NCBI GenBank assembly: GCA_964372755.1
Contig: CAYJQX010000002.1
Location: 10,287-74,286 of the forward strand
Length of the DNA: 64,000 nucleotides
From: an uncultured Candidatus Saccharibacteria bacterium
Lineage (GTDB): Bacteria > Patescibacteriota > Minisyncoccia > UBA9983
Reading direction: 5' to 3'
Shown here: positions 1 through 9,102 of the stretch, one piece after another
How positions within the stretch are numbered: the stretch's first letter is position 1
Layout: every line of letters begins with the position of its first letter
Program-made: the position numbers and the translations under genes
The notes under the pieces: generated by a model
What the model saw: only the letters and a program-made list of their open reading frames with translations
Database searches by the model: none
What the model was told of the DNA's origin: nothing

Positions 1-69
1 CGCTCAAACTCTTTCAGGCTTACTGGTTCGCCCTTCAAAAACAAAATAGCTTCACAGAGATTAGAAAGT

Positions 70-828
70 TTATCCATGATGAATGCTGAAATCCTCAAAA
101 GGAGTTTCTTGTTGTACCATCACTATACCTTGCTTAACCAATTCCAAGATAGCCAAAAAACTTACAATAATATGTGTTTTCTCTTCGTCAATAAGAGTTT
201 TATTTTTACGATGGCCGGATATTTGATGAAAGGATGAATGAATATTCTTGCTGATTCTTTCTGTGATATCCAATATTTTTTCTTCCAAACTTATCACTGT
301 TTTTACGCTTGCCTCAGGAATTTCTTCTTTTTTGGGAACGTTTACGATAATTTCTCTCATTGTGGCGGAAATATCAAAAAGAGAAATTGTTTTTTTTCTG
401 AATTCCGGCGTTCTAAACTTCACCTCGTACCCTTTGAACGGATCTTTCGGAAAAATTGGATTTTTGCCGAAAATCGTCTCTAATTTTTTTGCGATTTCTT
501 TGAACTTTACATAAAGGGCCAATCTTTCTTCAAGTTCATTTATATCTGTCTCTTCTTCTGTGGTCAGTTCTAAAGACGGCAAAAGCGCCCTGGATTTTAT
601 AAGCATCAAGGTCGATGCCACGACTATAAAATTGGCCATTTCTCCCAAGGGAAAATTTTGGATGGAGCGGACTCTTTCTAAAAATTGCCCCGCCACTTCT
701 TTTAGAGAGACCTCGTTGATAGAAAGTTTTTCTTTTTCTATCAATTCAAGCAGAAGTTCCAATGGTCCTTCAAATTTTTCTAACCGCAAATCGGTTATGG
801 AAGAATTGTGCATATGGTAAAAACCCAA
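70..828 (-). CDS. scpA: Segregation and condensation protein A (kleisin ScpA)
   Basis: The N-terminal motif LEKFEGPLELLLELIEKEKLSINEVSL is typical of ScpA. Length 252 aa. Confidence 0.75.
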   Translation of the reverse strand: MGFYHMHNSSITDLRLEKFEGPLELLLELIEKEKLSINEVSLKEVAGQFLERVRSIQNFPLGEMANFIVVASTLMLIKSRALLPSLELTTEEETDINELEERLALYVKFKEIAKKLETIFGKNPIFPKDPFKGYEVKFRTPEFRKKTISLFDISATMREIIVNVPKKEEIPEASVKTVISLEEKILDITERISKNIHSSFHQISGHRKNKTLIDEEKTHIIVSFLAILELVKQGIVMVQQETPFEDFSIHHG

Positions 829-838
829 TGAGGAATAT

Positions 839-2257
839 TTATTTCTTTTTTATTTCAATATTGAGTTCGTTTAATTGCTCTCTTGTGGCCGGACTTGGCG
901 CGTCCATCATCAAATCCCTCCCGTCACCGGTTTTGGGGAATGCCATCATTTCTCGTAAGCTTGGCTCTCCAAGCAAGGCCATAAAGAGTCTGTCTATGCC
1001 CGGAGCGATACCGCCGTGAGGAGGTACGCCGTAAGTAAAAGCGGTGAGCATGTGGCTAAATTGCGCCTTTTGGCTCTCGGAAAAGCCAATAAGATCAAAT
1101 ATTTTTTGTTGAATATCGGCTTGATGAATACGGATACTGCCACCGCCCACTTCAAAACCATTTAATATGAGATCGTGTTGAAGTCCGCGTACAGCCATCG
1201 GGTTGGAGTCTAGGAGCGAAATATCCTCGGGATGCGGAGCGGTAAACATATGGTGAGACGGCGCAAATTTGGCATTACCAGAACCATGATAATAATCTTC
1301 TTTGGACTGCTCAGTAAATAGAGGAAAATCTATCGTCCACGAAAAAGCCAGTTCGTTTAGATCGTCCTTGTTTTTTCTCAAATCCGGCTTGTCACTGCCA
1401 TATTTCTCTACTGCATCTTTATGAGAAATTCTCGGCCATGGTTTTTGAGATATTTGTTTTTCAGGGAAAAGACTCTCAACCATTTCGGTAAACATTTTTT
1501 CAATCAGTTGCATAATGTCTTCTTGGGAGACAAAACTCATTTCCATATCCAATTGAGTGAATTCACCAAAAGCTCTGTCGGCGCGGGAATCTTCATCTCG
1601 AAAGCATCTGGCGAACTGGAAGTAGCGCTCAAAACCGCCTATCATCAAAAGCTGTTTGTATTGCTGGGGCGATTGAGGCAGGGCGTAAAAATTTCCGGGA
1701 TGAAGTCGGGAGGGCACCAAAAAATCCCGCGCGCCTTCGGGAGAAGTTTTAGTGAGCATGGGCGTCTCAATTTCCACAAAACCTTCTTGGGTTAAATATT
1801 TACGGATAAACATTGCTCCCTCGTGGCGCTTTCTGATATTTTTTTGCATCCGAGGGGAGCGCAAATCCAGATAACGATATTTGAGGCGCACATCTTCCCC
1901 GATGGCTCTAGTGTCTTGATTTATTTCAAAAGGCAAAGTTTTTGCTTCCGAGAGTATTTTTAAACTTTCAATCTCCATTTCTAAATCCCCTGTGGGAGAA
2001 TCAGCGTTTATCATTTTTTCGGGTCGTTGCTTTACTGTACCGGTAATTGAAACAACCCACTCCGAGCGGAGCTTAGTTGCTTGCGCATAAACCTCGCTAT
2101 TTCCAGCATGAGTGACAGTTTGGACAATGCCAGATTTGTCGCGTATATCAAGAAAGATAAGTTTGCCGTGGTCGCGACGAACGTCCACCCAACCGGAGAT
2201 AGTTACGGCAGAGCCAATATGGTCGTGAAGAGAGGTAGCAAACACGCGTTTTTCCAT
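839..2257 (-). CDS. aspS: Aspartyl-tRNA synthetase, reduced form lacking the GAD insertion domain
   Basis: N-terminal anticodon-binding domain has RDHGKLIFLDIRDKSG. Class II motif 2 reads FERYFQFARCFRDED...EFTQLDMEMSF and motif 3 reads GGGSIRIHQ. At 472 aa it is shorter than typical bacterial AspRS. Confidence 0.85.
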   Translation of the reverse strand: MEKRVFATSLHDHIGSAVTISGWVDVRRDHGKLIFLDIRDKSGIVQTVTHAGNSEVYAQATKLRSEWVVSITGTVKQRPEKMINADSPTGDLEMEIESLKILSEAKTLPFEINQDTRAIGEDVRLKYRYLDLRSPRMQKNIRKRHEGAMFIRKYLTQEGFVEIETPMLTKTSPEGARDFLVPSRLHPGNFYALPQSPQQYKQLLMIGGFERYFQFARCFRDEDSRADRAFGEFTQLDMEMSFVSQEDIMQLIEKMFTEMVESLFPEKQISQKPWPRISHKDAVEKYGSDKPDLRKNKDDLNELAFSWTIDFPLFTEQSKEDYYHGSGNAKFAPSHHMFTAPHPEDISLLDSNPMAVRGLQHDLILNGFEVGGGSIRIHQADIQQKIFDLIGFSESQKAQFSHMLTAFTYGVPPHGGIAPGIDRLFMALLGEPSLREMMAFPKTGDGRDLMMDAPSPATREQLNELNIEIKKK

Positions 2258-2339
2258 ACGGAAATATTAGCACAAACAAGCTACATTTCCTAGAATTTTA
2301 ATGCTAACTTACCTAGTCATGGATTTGAAGCGAGAAAAG

Positions 2340-3290
2340 TTATTTTTTAAAAAACCGAGACAAAAAATTTGAAATAGTTTCTTTAATTCTTGACTGCACA
2401 TATTCAACTTTATTGCGAGTGTATGATTTTACCTCATTAATATTTTTTATGGGCTTGTCCTCGTTATTTTTTGCTGTTGAAGTGGTCAGATTTGTTTTAA
2501 TCGGTGATGTTTGTTTTGTTCCAGTAAAAATGTTTGTTATAGGTTTACTAACTGTTGAATTTTCTTTTTTAGATGGAACTTGAGGCGGTGATACAAGGAC
2601 AGGCTTATCTGCAATTTTTGGTTTTTGTCCGGAGAAATTTGTTGTGCCACCACTTCCTGAATTTTCATTTAACTGAATAATAATTGGTTTGATGTCTTGA
2701 GCCGTATTCTGAACTACGTCTGTTTTGCTTGGGGTGGTTGTAGTCTCCGGTTTTGCGGGGACGATTGGAGAAATTTTTTGCGTTCCGCCGTTTATAACAA
2801 TTTCTCCGTTTATCAGATCGGTTTTTATGGCTGTGCCAAGATTATTGCCAACTATTGACGGTCGTTCGGTAGAAAAATTAACTTTTATCGTCTTGCCATC
2901 TTTAGAAATTATTTTAAAACGCAAGGTTAAAAGCGTATCGTCTTCCTTGAATAATAATGGTTTTTGAGCGCTAGAGTCGTACCACAAAACAACTAATCCG
3001 GAAGCTGTGGAATTCATTGTGGCCGACGACAACTTCATAAACTCTAAATTTTGATATTGCAGAGCCTCGTTATCATATTCCAAATAAAGGGTCACGCTTC
3101 CCACGCTGGAATCGCCGAAATATTTTGCGTAAACGGGCAAAGTGGCAATTTCACCAAAATTACCCTTATCAGAAGCGATGGTAAGGGTGGGAATTTGTTC
3201 TCCCCTAACAGGGCTTGAGTAAGTTAGGTTAAACAAAAGAATTGATCCAACGCCAAAATAGATTATTTTTTTTGAATTTACCCTTCGCAT
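2340..3290 (-). CDS. Secreted protein with signal peptide and a Thr/Ser/Pro-rich C-terminal region
   Basis: Hydrophobic N-terminus, a low-complexity TTTPSKT... tail, no recognisable catalytic motif. Confidence 0.4.
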   Translation of the reverse strand: MRRVNSKKIIYFGVGSILLFNLTYSSPVRGEQIPTLTIASDKGNFGEIATLPVYAKYFGDSSVGSVTLYLEYDNEALQYQNLEFMKLSSATMNSTASGLVVLWYDSSAQKPLLFKEDDTLLTLRFKIISKDGKTIKVNFSTERPSIVGNNLGTAIKTDLINGEIVINGGTQKISPIVPAKPETTTTPSKTDVVQNTAQDIKPIIIQLNENSGSGGTTNFSGQKPKIADKPVLVSPPQVPSKKENSTVSKPITNIFTGTKQTSPIKTNLTTSTAKNNEDKPIKNINEVKSYTRNKVEYVQSRIKETISNFLSRFFKK

Positions 3291-3304
3291 TGTTTTAAAA
3301 CTGC

Positions 3305-6112
3305 CTAATTGTTATTCCAAGAATTGTTAACATCGCCTGTTTTCACTCCGATAAAATCTTGATTAGTTAAATCATCATTTAAATTCTCATAACGCCTTGC
3401 TTGTTCGGCATTGGTGTAATTGCTCGGGGTAAGAGTTAAATTCGAATCAAAGAATTTCCAATTACCGGCTGGGAAAAGAGTTGCGCTCCGCAATATATAC
3501 CTGACCATTGCGGTAATATCAAGGCCGACAATCGCGCCGTCGTTATCTGTATCAGCCGCTATTTTTTTGTAAATAGAATCAAAATCCTCTTTGCCCAAAA
3601 TATGGCGCACTGTTTTTACTATATCCAGTATGTTAACTTGGCTGTCGCCCCCGGACTTCTCGACCCTAACAGCGTAAGAGGCATTGCTTGGCAAGTCGTT
3701 AAATTGATAGAATCCATTTTGATCTGTTAGGACGTCTTTTAGGGCATTCCCCTGTTCATCCGTCAGAATTACTTTTGTATTTTTTATGGATTTGATTCCA
3801 TCATAATATTTGAGACGGCCGGAGATGGAATATTTCTCGACAATTGGTTCAACAACATTAAACGGTCCCCACTCTGTAAATGGCGATTCATTTCCTTGAT
3901 AATCTCGAGATGCCGTTTTTATTTTAAAACCATTTCCTTTTATGTCCTCTGAAATGTACCAAGGAAAAATTGCTTGATACGAATTGTTTATTTTAGTGCC
4001 GAGATATTGCCAAACAGATTCAAGGGCATTCCAGTACCAAAAATCAGATTCTTTTATGGCCACATTGTCGCTTCCTTCGGCGACAATATTAACCTCTCGT
4101 TGATTTTGCAACTCGTAATCTTCTTCACCGGAGATTTGGGTGAATGTGACTGTCGGCCTTATAACATCTGGTTTTAGACGGGTTAGGAGGCGGATATCAG
4201 TAGTGGTGGCGCCGATTGGCACATTGAATTTAGTGATCAAAGATTCATAGCCGGACGAGCTCACCCAGGCGGCATTTGAGCCGTTGCCCGTAGTGCTTTG
4301 GGAGATATTAAATCGGCCATCTTGATCGCTCTTGTCCCCATAACCATAAGCAAAAATACTCAAATTAGGACCAGGCTCATTGTTGACGGTTGTTTGCCCC
4401 GAAGCATAACCATTATATTTTGTCTGATCCGAGCTCATTGTAATGGTGGTATAGTCGGAAAGAAAAGTCACCGTGCCACCATCTAGAGACAACACGCCGG
4501 CTGTCACTTCATAAGTGGTATCCTCGGGAAATGAGGAAACAAAGGCGCCGTTCCAATCATTATTGATGCCAAGATAACTCCAATTAGTTGCGCCTACTGG
4601 ACGATATACGAAAACATAAAGAAGCCTTGCGGGATCGTCTTTTCGCGCCCAACGGATATTGACAGCGGGATTGCCGTTTATCTGGTATTTCTGCGCGACA
4701 TAATAAGTCGGCAGGCCGGGCAAGCCGTTTACGGAGGGAGTAAAATTAAACTCGCGTTCAATCCAGTTGTCATCATAATTTGCGTCATTGGGCTCTTCCA
4801 AATAAAACTTGATCTGCGTTGGCCCGACAAAACTCGAGGTATCAGACTGATTAAAATTAAGATTCACGCTTTGGCCTGGCGCAATAGCTCCCAATCCAAA
4901 AGTGGCCAGATTTTTTGACTCGCGCAAAAAATTATCAACAAAATGATAAAGAACGATGTTATCGGCTTGCTTGTAGCCTTTATTCATTACGGTCAAACGA
5001 AAAGTAGCTGTTTCCCTAGTTTGGGAAGCGCCGATGTTTTGCAAATCTTCAATAACAAGATTCGGTGTGGCGAAAGATTTAAGCGCTTCCGTAGTATGTA
5101 AAATAGAATTACCAAAACTTCCGTCAAAATTTCTCTGTCTTTTGATGGACGCAAGAAAGGTTTTTGCTTTAGCGCTTTCAAAATCGTAAAGATTGAAAAT
5201 ATTGACCAATCTAATGTTGGCAAACACGTCGCTAGATTCTTCTCCGACATTAAGCGCTTGTAAAATTTCATTAATTTTGCCCGACACTAAAATGGATTCA
5301 GTATCTGTTCCCGCTCTTATTTGAGAAAATGGTTTCAGTCCTTGCGCTATTTTGTAAGTTGAATAATTATTTCCAATTTCGGAGCTAATTCCTTTTAAAA
5401 CAAAGAAGAGGCTACCAGAGAAGGCGTTGCCGGAATTATAATTGCCGGCAGAGAAAGCAAGAACTGCTTCCATGGTGGTTTGCAAATCGCTTTCATGCCA
5501 AGTGTCGAATCCGATACCGCCCGAGTTATCTTGCGAGGCCTTAAGCTCATCCAGTAAGGGAGTGGCATTTTGCCCTTCGGCGATCAAAATCCTTGCCTTC
5601 AAAGCTTTTTCCCTGTTGTTTGCCGGGGCGGTGTTGAGCAGATATTGCAAAGCCGAATTAAATTGCCCGCTTTCAGTTTTGTTGTATTCAATTAATTGAA
5701 AAACCAAACCGGCAGTTGTCTCGTATTTATTAATTTCGCCAAAACTACCATCTTCGTTTTGATTTTGCGATAAATAATAAAGAATATAATCGGCCGTATT
5801 TTTTTCTATACCCGCGTAATTTGCAATCAGTGGCGTAAGTGACTCCCCGCTTAGTTGCCTATTTTGGCGAGCGGGCGCTTGTGTTTTTGATTCGAGCTCC
5901 ATTATTTGCACGGAGCTTTTTCCGTTCGTTTCCACCGAAATACTCTTTTTTACTTTCAACTTTGGTGCTGAATTTAAATCAATAACATTATCTATTTGCA
6001 TGCCTTGCTGATTTTCCTCTGCTCCGGCCGGCAAAGCTAAAACAGGGACGATTTGTGATAAAATCATTCCTACCAACACCACCCCTTTAATTTTTTTCTT
6101 GATGGCTAACAT
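3305..6112 (-). CDS. Large secreted surface protein (935 aa) with dockerin-like and carboxypeptidase-regulatory-like C-terminal modules
   Basis: Signal peptide. C-terminal DTDNDGAIVGLDITAMVRYIL is a dockerin-like Ca-binding repeat. SGRLKYYDG...VILTDEQGNALKDVLTDQNGFYQF is a Cna-B/CarbopepD_reg-like beta-sandwich. Confidence 0.5.
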   Translation of the reverse strand: MLAIKKKIKGVVLVGMILSQIVPVLALPAGAEENQQGMQIDNVIDLNSAPKLKVKKSISVETNGKSSVQIMELESKTQAPARQNRQLSGESLTPLIANYAGIEKNTADYILYYLSQNQNEDGSFGEINKYETTAGLVFQLIEYNKTESGQFNSALQYLLNTAPANNREKALKARILIAEGQNATPLLDELKASQDNSGGIGFDTWHESDLQTTMEAVLAFSAGNYNSGNAFSGSLFFVLKGISSEIGNNYSTYKIAQGLKPFSQIRAGTDTESILVSGKINEILQALNVGEESSDVFANIRLVNIFNLYDFESAKAKTFLASIKRQRNFDGSFGNSILHTTEALKSFATPNLVIEDLQNIGASQTRETATFRLTVMNKGYKQADNIVLYHFVDNFLRESKNLATFGLGAIAPGQSVNLNFNQSDTSSFVGPTQIKFYLEEPNDANYDDNWIEREFNFTPSVNGLPGLPTYYVAQKYQINGNPAVNIRWARKDDPARLLYVFVYRPVGATNWSYLGINNDWNGAFVSSFPEDTTYEVTAGVLSLDGGTVTFLSDYTTITMSSDQTKYNGYASGQTTVNNEPGPNLSIFAYGYGDKSDQDGRFNISQSTTGNGSNAAWVSSSGYESLITKFNVPIGATTTDIRLLTRLKPDVIRPTVTFTQISGEEDYELQNQREVNIVAEGSDNVAIKESDFWYWNALESVWQYLGTKINNSYQAIFPWYISEDIKGNGFKIKTASRDYQGNESPFTEWGPFNVVEPIVEKYSISGRLKYYDGIKSIKNTKVILTDEQGNALKDVLTDQNGFYQFNDLPSNASYAVRVEKSGGDSQVNILDIVKTVRHILGKEDFDSIYKKIAADTDNDGAIVGLDITAMVRYILRSATLFPAGNWKFFDSNLTLTPSNYTNAEQARRYENLNDDLTNQDFIGVKTGDVNNSWNNN

Positions 6113-6117
6113 AATTT

Positions 6118-6681
6118 CTAAATTGTTTTTAAATCAATCAATTTTCTCCTCTTTTTATCTTCCGGCAAAATAACAACTTTTGTATTGGCTATCATATCGT
6201 GAATAGTGCGGCGATCCTTGCGAAAAATAAAAATGCTGTCAACTATGGAATAAAACGGCTGGAAAAGTAATCCCAGGAAAGGGATAGAGCCAATCACAAA
6301 AGTTCTGCCCACAAACTCTCGCAATAGAGCGAAGCGCCAAAATCCAATTTTAACACCAGTCTTATTGTTAACAATGGCGATATTCAGCCAGTGCTTGCCG
6401 ATTGATTGTCCTCTTCTGATAATGAGAATAATATTTACCACCATTAGATAAATCACAAACGGCCCCAAGATTATTAGTTCCAGTCCTTCGCCAAGGTTGG
6501 CAATACTTCCAACGCCTGTTAGATAGACAATCACTCCGATTAAAGCTGCCGGTATCAGCCAGGTAGCCGCGTCAACCAGAGTGGCGTATATCCGTAGACT
6601 TACTGGGGCCGTAACCGCCGATGCCGATACGGCTATTGTTGCAAGCGGTTGTTCATTGTTCTGGTTTATAGATTCTTCCAT
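6118..6681 (-). CDS. RDD-family membrane protein
   Basis: Three TM segments with conserved R...D...D spacing (RIYATLVDA, RRGQSIGK, DRRTIHDMIANTKVV). Confidence 0.55.
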   Translation of the reverse strand: MEESINQNNEQPLATIAVSASAVTAPVSLRIYATLVDAATWLIPAALIGVIVYLTGVGSIANLGEGLELIILGPFVIYLMVVNIILIIRRGQSIGKHWLNIAIVNNKTGVKIGFWRFALLREFVGRTFVIGSIPFLGLLFQPFYSIVDSIFIFRKDRRTIHDMIANTKVVILPEDKKRRKLIDLKTI

Positions 6682-6710
6682 ATTTTTATTAATATTTAAT
6701 TATGTATCTA

Positions 6711-7493
6711 TTAGAATTTAGCTAAGTTATCAGATTCTTCCCCGTTTAATCCAATAATGAACTTGCCGCCGTTTTTGGCAATATCCGACAGGGTCTTAAT
6801 CCGGCGCAAGCTCAATAAAACCGGATGCTGTTCCAGTAGTTTTGCCTCATCAATTTCATCCTGAAACTGCATTTTACGCTTTTCCATCTCAGTCTGCGCT
6901 TCTAACAGTACTCGTTCTTTTACGGAGATAATGTTAATCCTAGCCGCTTCCGCTTCTTTTCTGGCTTTGATAAGTATGGCCTCCGATTCGCGCTCTACTT
7001 CCAGCACCCGATTCATAATCTCACGGAGGTTGCCTGGGAACACTAAATCTTTCACATCGGCGCGGATAATTTCTACTCCATAACTACTGGCTGAATTTTT
7101 GACATCGTCTCTCACGGCATCGGAAATTTCATTACGATCACTTAAAATATCGTCAAGGTTGCGATTAGCGAGGAAACGACGCGCCGCTAATTGTACATCT
7201 TCATAAATACGCTCTTCGTAGGAAACCACATTATGTATGGCCACCTCTGGATTTGTAATTTTGTAATACACGAGCAAGCTAATTCGAATAGCCACTTTAT
7301 CTTTGGTTAAAATCTCTTGCCCCTTGATAATTAATGACTGTTCGCGTCTATCAACAAGTTTTATTTCCCGCTCAACTTTATCAAAAAACATTCTACGAAT
7401 AATGTGTTTGCCGGGTTGTAAAACTTTCTTAAATTCACCATCTTCATAGAGCAAACCCACAAAAGAATGAGGAACAATTTTTTCGGTTTTCAT
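6711..7493 (-). CDS. SPFH/band-7 (stomatin/HflKC-like) domain protein
   Basis: Core KDKVAIRISLLVYYKITNPEVAIHNV...YGVEIIRADVKDLVFP, followed by a coiled-coil C-terminus. Confidence 0.7.
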   Translation of the reverse strand: MKTEKIVPHSFVGLLYEDGEFKKVLQPGKHIIRRMFFDKVEREIKLVDRREQSLIIKGQEILTKDKVAIRISLLVYYKITNPEVAIHNVVSYEERIYEDVQLAARRFLANRNLDDILSDRNEISDAVRDDVKNSASSYGVEIIRADVKDLVFPGNLREIMNRVLEVERESEAILIKARKEAEAARINIISVKERVLLEAQTEMEKRKMQFQDEIDEAKLLEQHPVLLSLRRIKTLSDIAKNGGKFIIGLNGEESDNLAKF

Positions 7494-7516
7494 ATTTTTA
7501 CAATTAATTGTTAATT

Positions 7517-7641
7517 ATTTGTCGGGTACCGACCGCTTGCCAAGTTGTGGGACGGAGAAAGCAGACGATCAGGCTTTAATCTAAATGAAAAGCTTGATTA
7601 ACTTTTCCCGCCACAGGTTTGCGTGGTACCCGACAAATAGC
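7517..7641. repeat. 125-bp element closed by a perfect 14-bp inverted repeat (ATTTGTCGGGTACC / GGTACCCGACAAAT) with internal helices. It is either a MITE-like repeat or a small structured RNA.
   Basis: Read directly. Outer 14-bp stem, inner GTGG..CGG/CCG..CCAC helix, apical ATCAGGC/GCTTGAT helix. It sits upstream of the SPFH gene. Confidence 0.3.
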
Positions 7642-7726
7642 TAATAAAATTATTTTAAAGACTTAATCCACTCTAAATCTTTGATTGATTTTGGTATTTC
7701 ACCTTTCTTTAAAGCGAATTTGTAGA

Positions 7727-7847
7727 AAAGGTGTCAGGAACCTTTTTTGGGACTTTCTCGTTTTTTGGTTAAAAATTCTTTTTACTTTTTCCATAAATAC
7801 TGTACTGATATATATTTACTTTAAAAAATGGTTCCTGATACCTTTAA
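7727..7847. mobile_element. MITE-like element copy A (~120 bp) with TIRs AAAGGTGTCAGGAACC / GGTTCCTGA(T/C)ACCTTT
   Basis: Near-identical full copy at 17105-17224. Solo TIR-like ends at 23218-23234 and 25572-25597. No coding capacity. Confidence 0.55.
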
Positions 7848-7891
7848 CTTCTGACACCTTTAATCCTTTAATCTTGATTTGGAACATAAAA

Positions 7892-8293
7892 TTATTTTAA
7901 AGACTTTATCCAGTCTAAATCTTTGATAGATTTTGGTATTTCACCTTTCTTTTTGGCAAATTTTCTTTTTAATTTATTAAACAGGCTTTTATGCTCTTTA
8001 TATTTTTTGTTATCTTTCTTGTCATAGGTATTACTTTTAATGACCCCTGGGGTACAATAATATCCTGGATAATTTATCCAGAGAACTGAGGCAGTAGAGC
8101 TGTAAGTCAATCCGAAATTGGTTTCAAATAGTTCTTTTATAAATGGAAATCTTATATACATATTGGTTCCTTTTATTACAAACTTACCATTAAGATTTGA
8201 TGAATCAAATTCTGTTTCATAACCCAACTGTTGAATATAATCAATAATATCCTTAGCTGAATATTGTTCGAAATTGTAACTAAATGTTCTCAT
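7892..8293 (-). CDS. Hypothetical protein (133 aa). Its 3' end is duplicated upstream of the MITE.
   Basis: ORF only. The last 65 bp of the gene (7888-7952) are repeated at 7646-7710. Confidence 0.35.
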   Translation of the reverse strand: MRTFSYNFEQYSAKDIIDYIQQLGYETEFDSSNLNGKFVIKGTNMYIRFPFIKELFETNFGLTYSSTASVLWINYPGYYCTPGVIKSNTYDKKDNKKYKEHKSLFNKLKRKFAKKKGEIPKSIKDLDWIKSLK

Positions 8294-8321
8294 AAATATA
8301 AATTATTCGATTATTTGTTAG

Positions 8322-9053
8322 GATAATGGGGTCAGTCACCATTTATCTTCTGGGTCTCCCCACTCTACGTAAAGACTGCTCTAGTTTAAATTTTTTCACT
8401 ATATTATTGCGCCACTCATCTACCCCAAAAGGAATATTTTTAATAATCGACCCTCTTATTATATCAATCTCCTCATCTTTTTGTGATTCGTTAAGGTAAT
8501 GTAAATAATCCGAGGGTTCATCAATAGGCCAAGAACTTAAAATTTTCTTTTGACTTGTGTTACCAAAAATCCTTCTCCACGCACTAGACCATTTCCATTT
8601 TTGCGCCTCATCTACTAATTTGGCTCGCTCTGGATTTCTTTCTACATATCTTACGAGAGAAAGAAAATAAAAATCTGCCTGACAAATAAATGATTTATAT
8701 CTTCCTTGATATAAATGGCCATGACCAATAGTTCCCTTTTTTGTGTGCCAGCGTCTGGTATGAGTATTGGTCAGCCAACTCATGAACAAAGATAAATCCT
8801 TGTCATTCCTAGGATACAAAATTAAATGCCAGTGATTAGGCATAATGCAGTATGCAAGAAGTCGCATATCAAATTTTTTAACAGCCTCTTCTAAAATAGT
8901 TTCAAAGTCTTTGTAATCTTGATCATCATAAAAAATCTTCAAGCGATCATTTGCTCTGTTGATAACGTGATAGATTTCATCACCAACATTTATTCTTTGC
9001 ACTCTCGACATATTTTTATTATATCCTAATCAATGGTGGCTGACCCCATTATC
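8322..9053. mobile_element. RAYT/IS200-like unit: transposase gene bracketed by inverted 21-bp repeats GATAATGGGGTCAG(T/C)CACCAT
   Basis: Read directly from both flanks. There are no DDE-type long TIRs, consistent with HuH-family hairpin ends. Confidence 0.5.
8343..9011 (-). CDS. IS200/IS605-family (Y1, HuH) tyrosine transposase, RAYT-like
   Basis: HuH motif MPNHWHLIL and a catalytic-Tyr region YQGRYKSFICQADFYFLSLVRYVERNP. Flanked by 21-bp inverted repeats (8322-8342 and 9033-9053, 20/21 match). Confidence 0.6.
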   Translation of the reverse strand: MSRVQRINVGDEIYHVINRANDRLKIFYDDQDYKDFETILEEAVKKFDMRLLAYCIMPNHWHLILYPRNDKDLSLFMSWLTNTHTRRWHTKKGTIGHGHLYQGRYKSFICQADFYFLSLVRYVERNPERAKLVDEAQKWKWSSAWRRIFGNTSQKKILSSWPIDEPSDYLHYLNESQKDEEIDIIRGSIIKNIPFGVDEWRNNIVKKFKLEQSLRRVGRPRR

Positions 9054-9102
9054 ATTATTCATCAAATACTTTTTTTATAAAGTCTCGACCTCCAATTTCT
9101 AT

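Noticed and set aside
1421-1795. 124-aa plus-strand ORF
   Set aside because: It lies entirely antisense within aspS and has no motif support.
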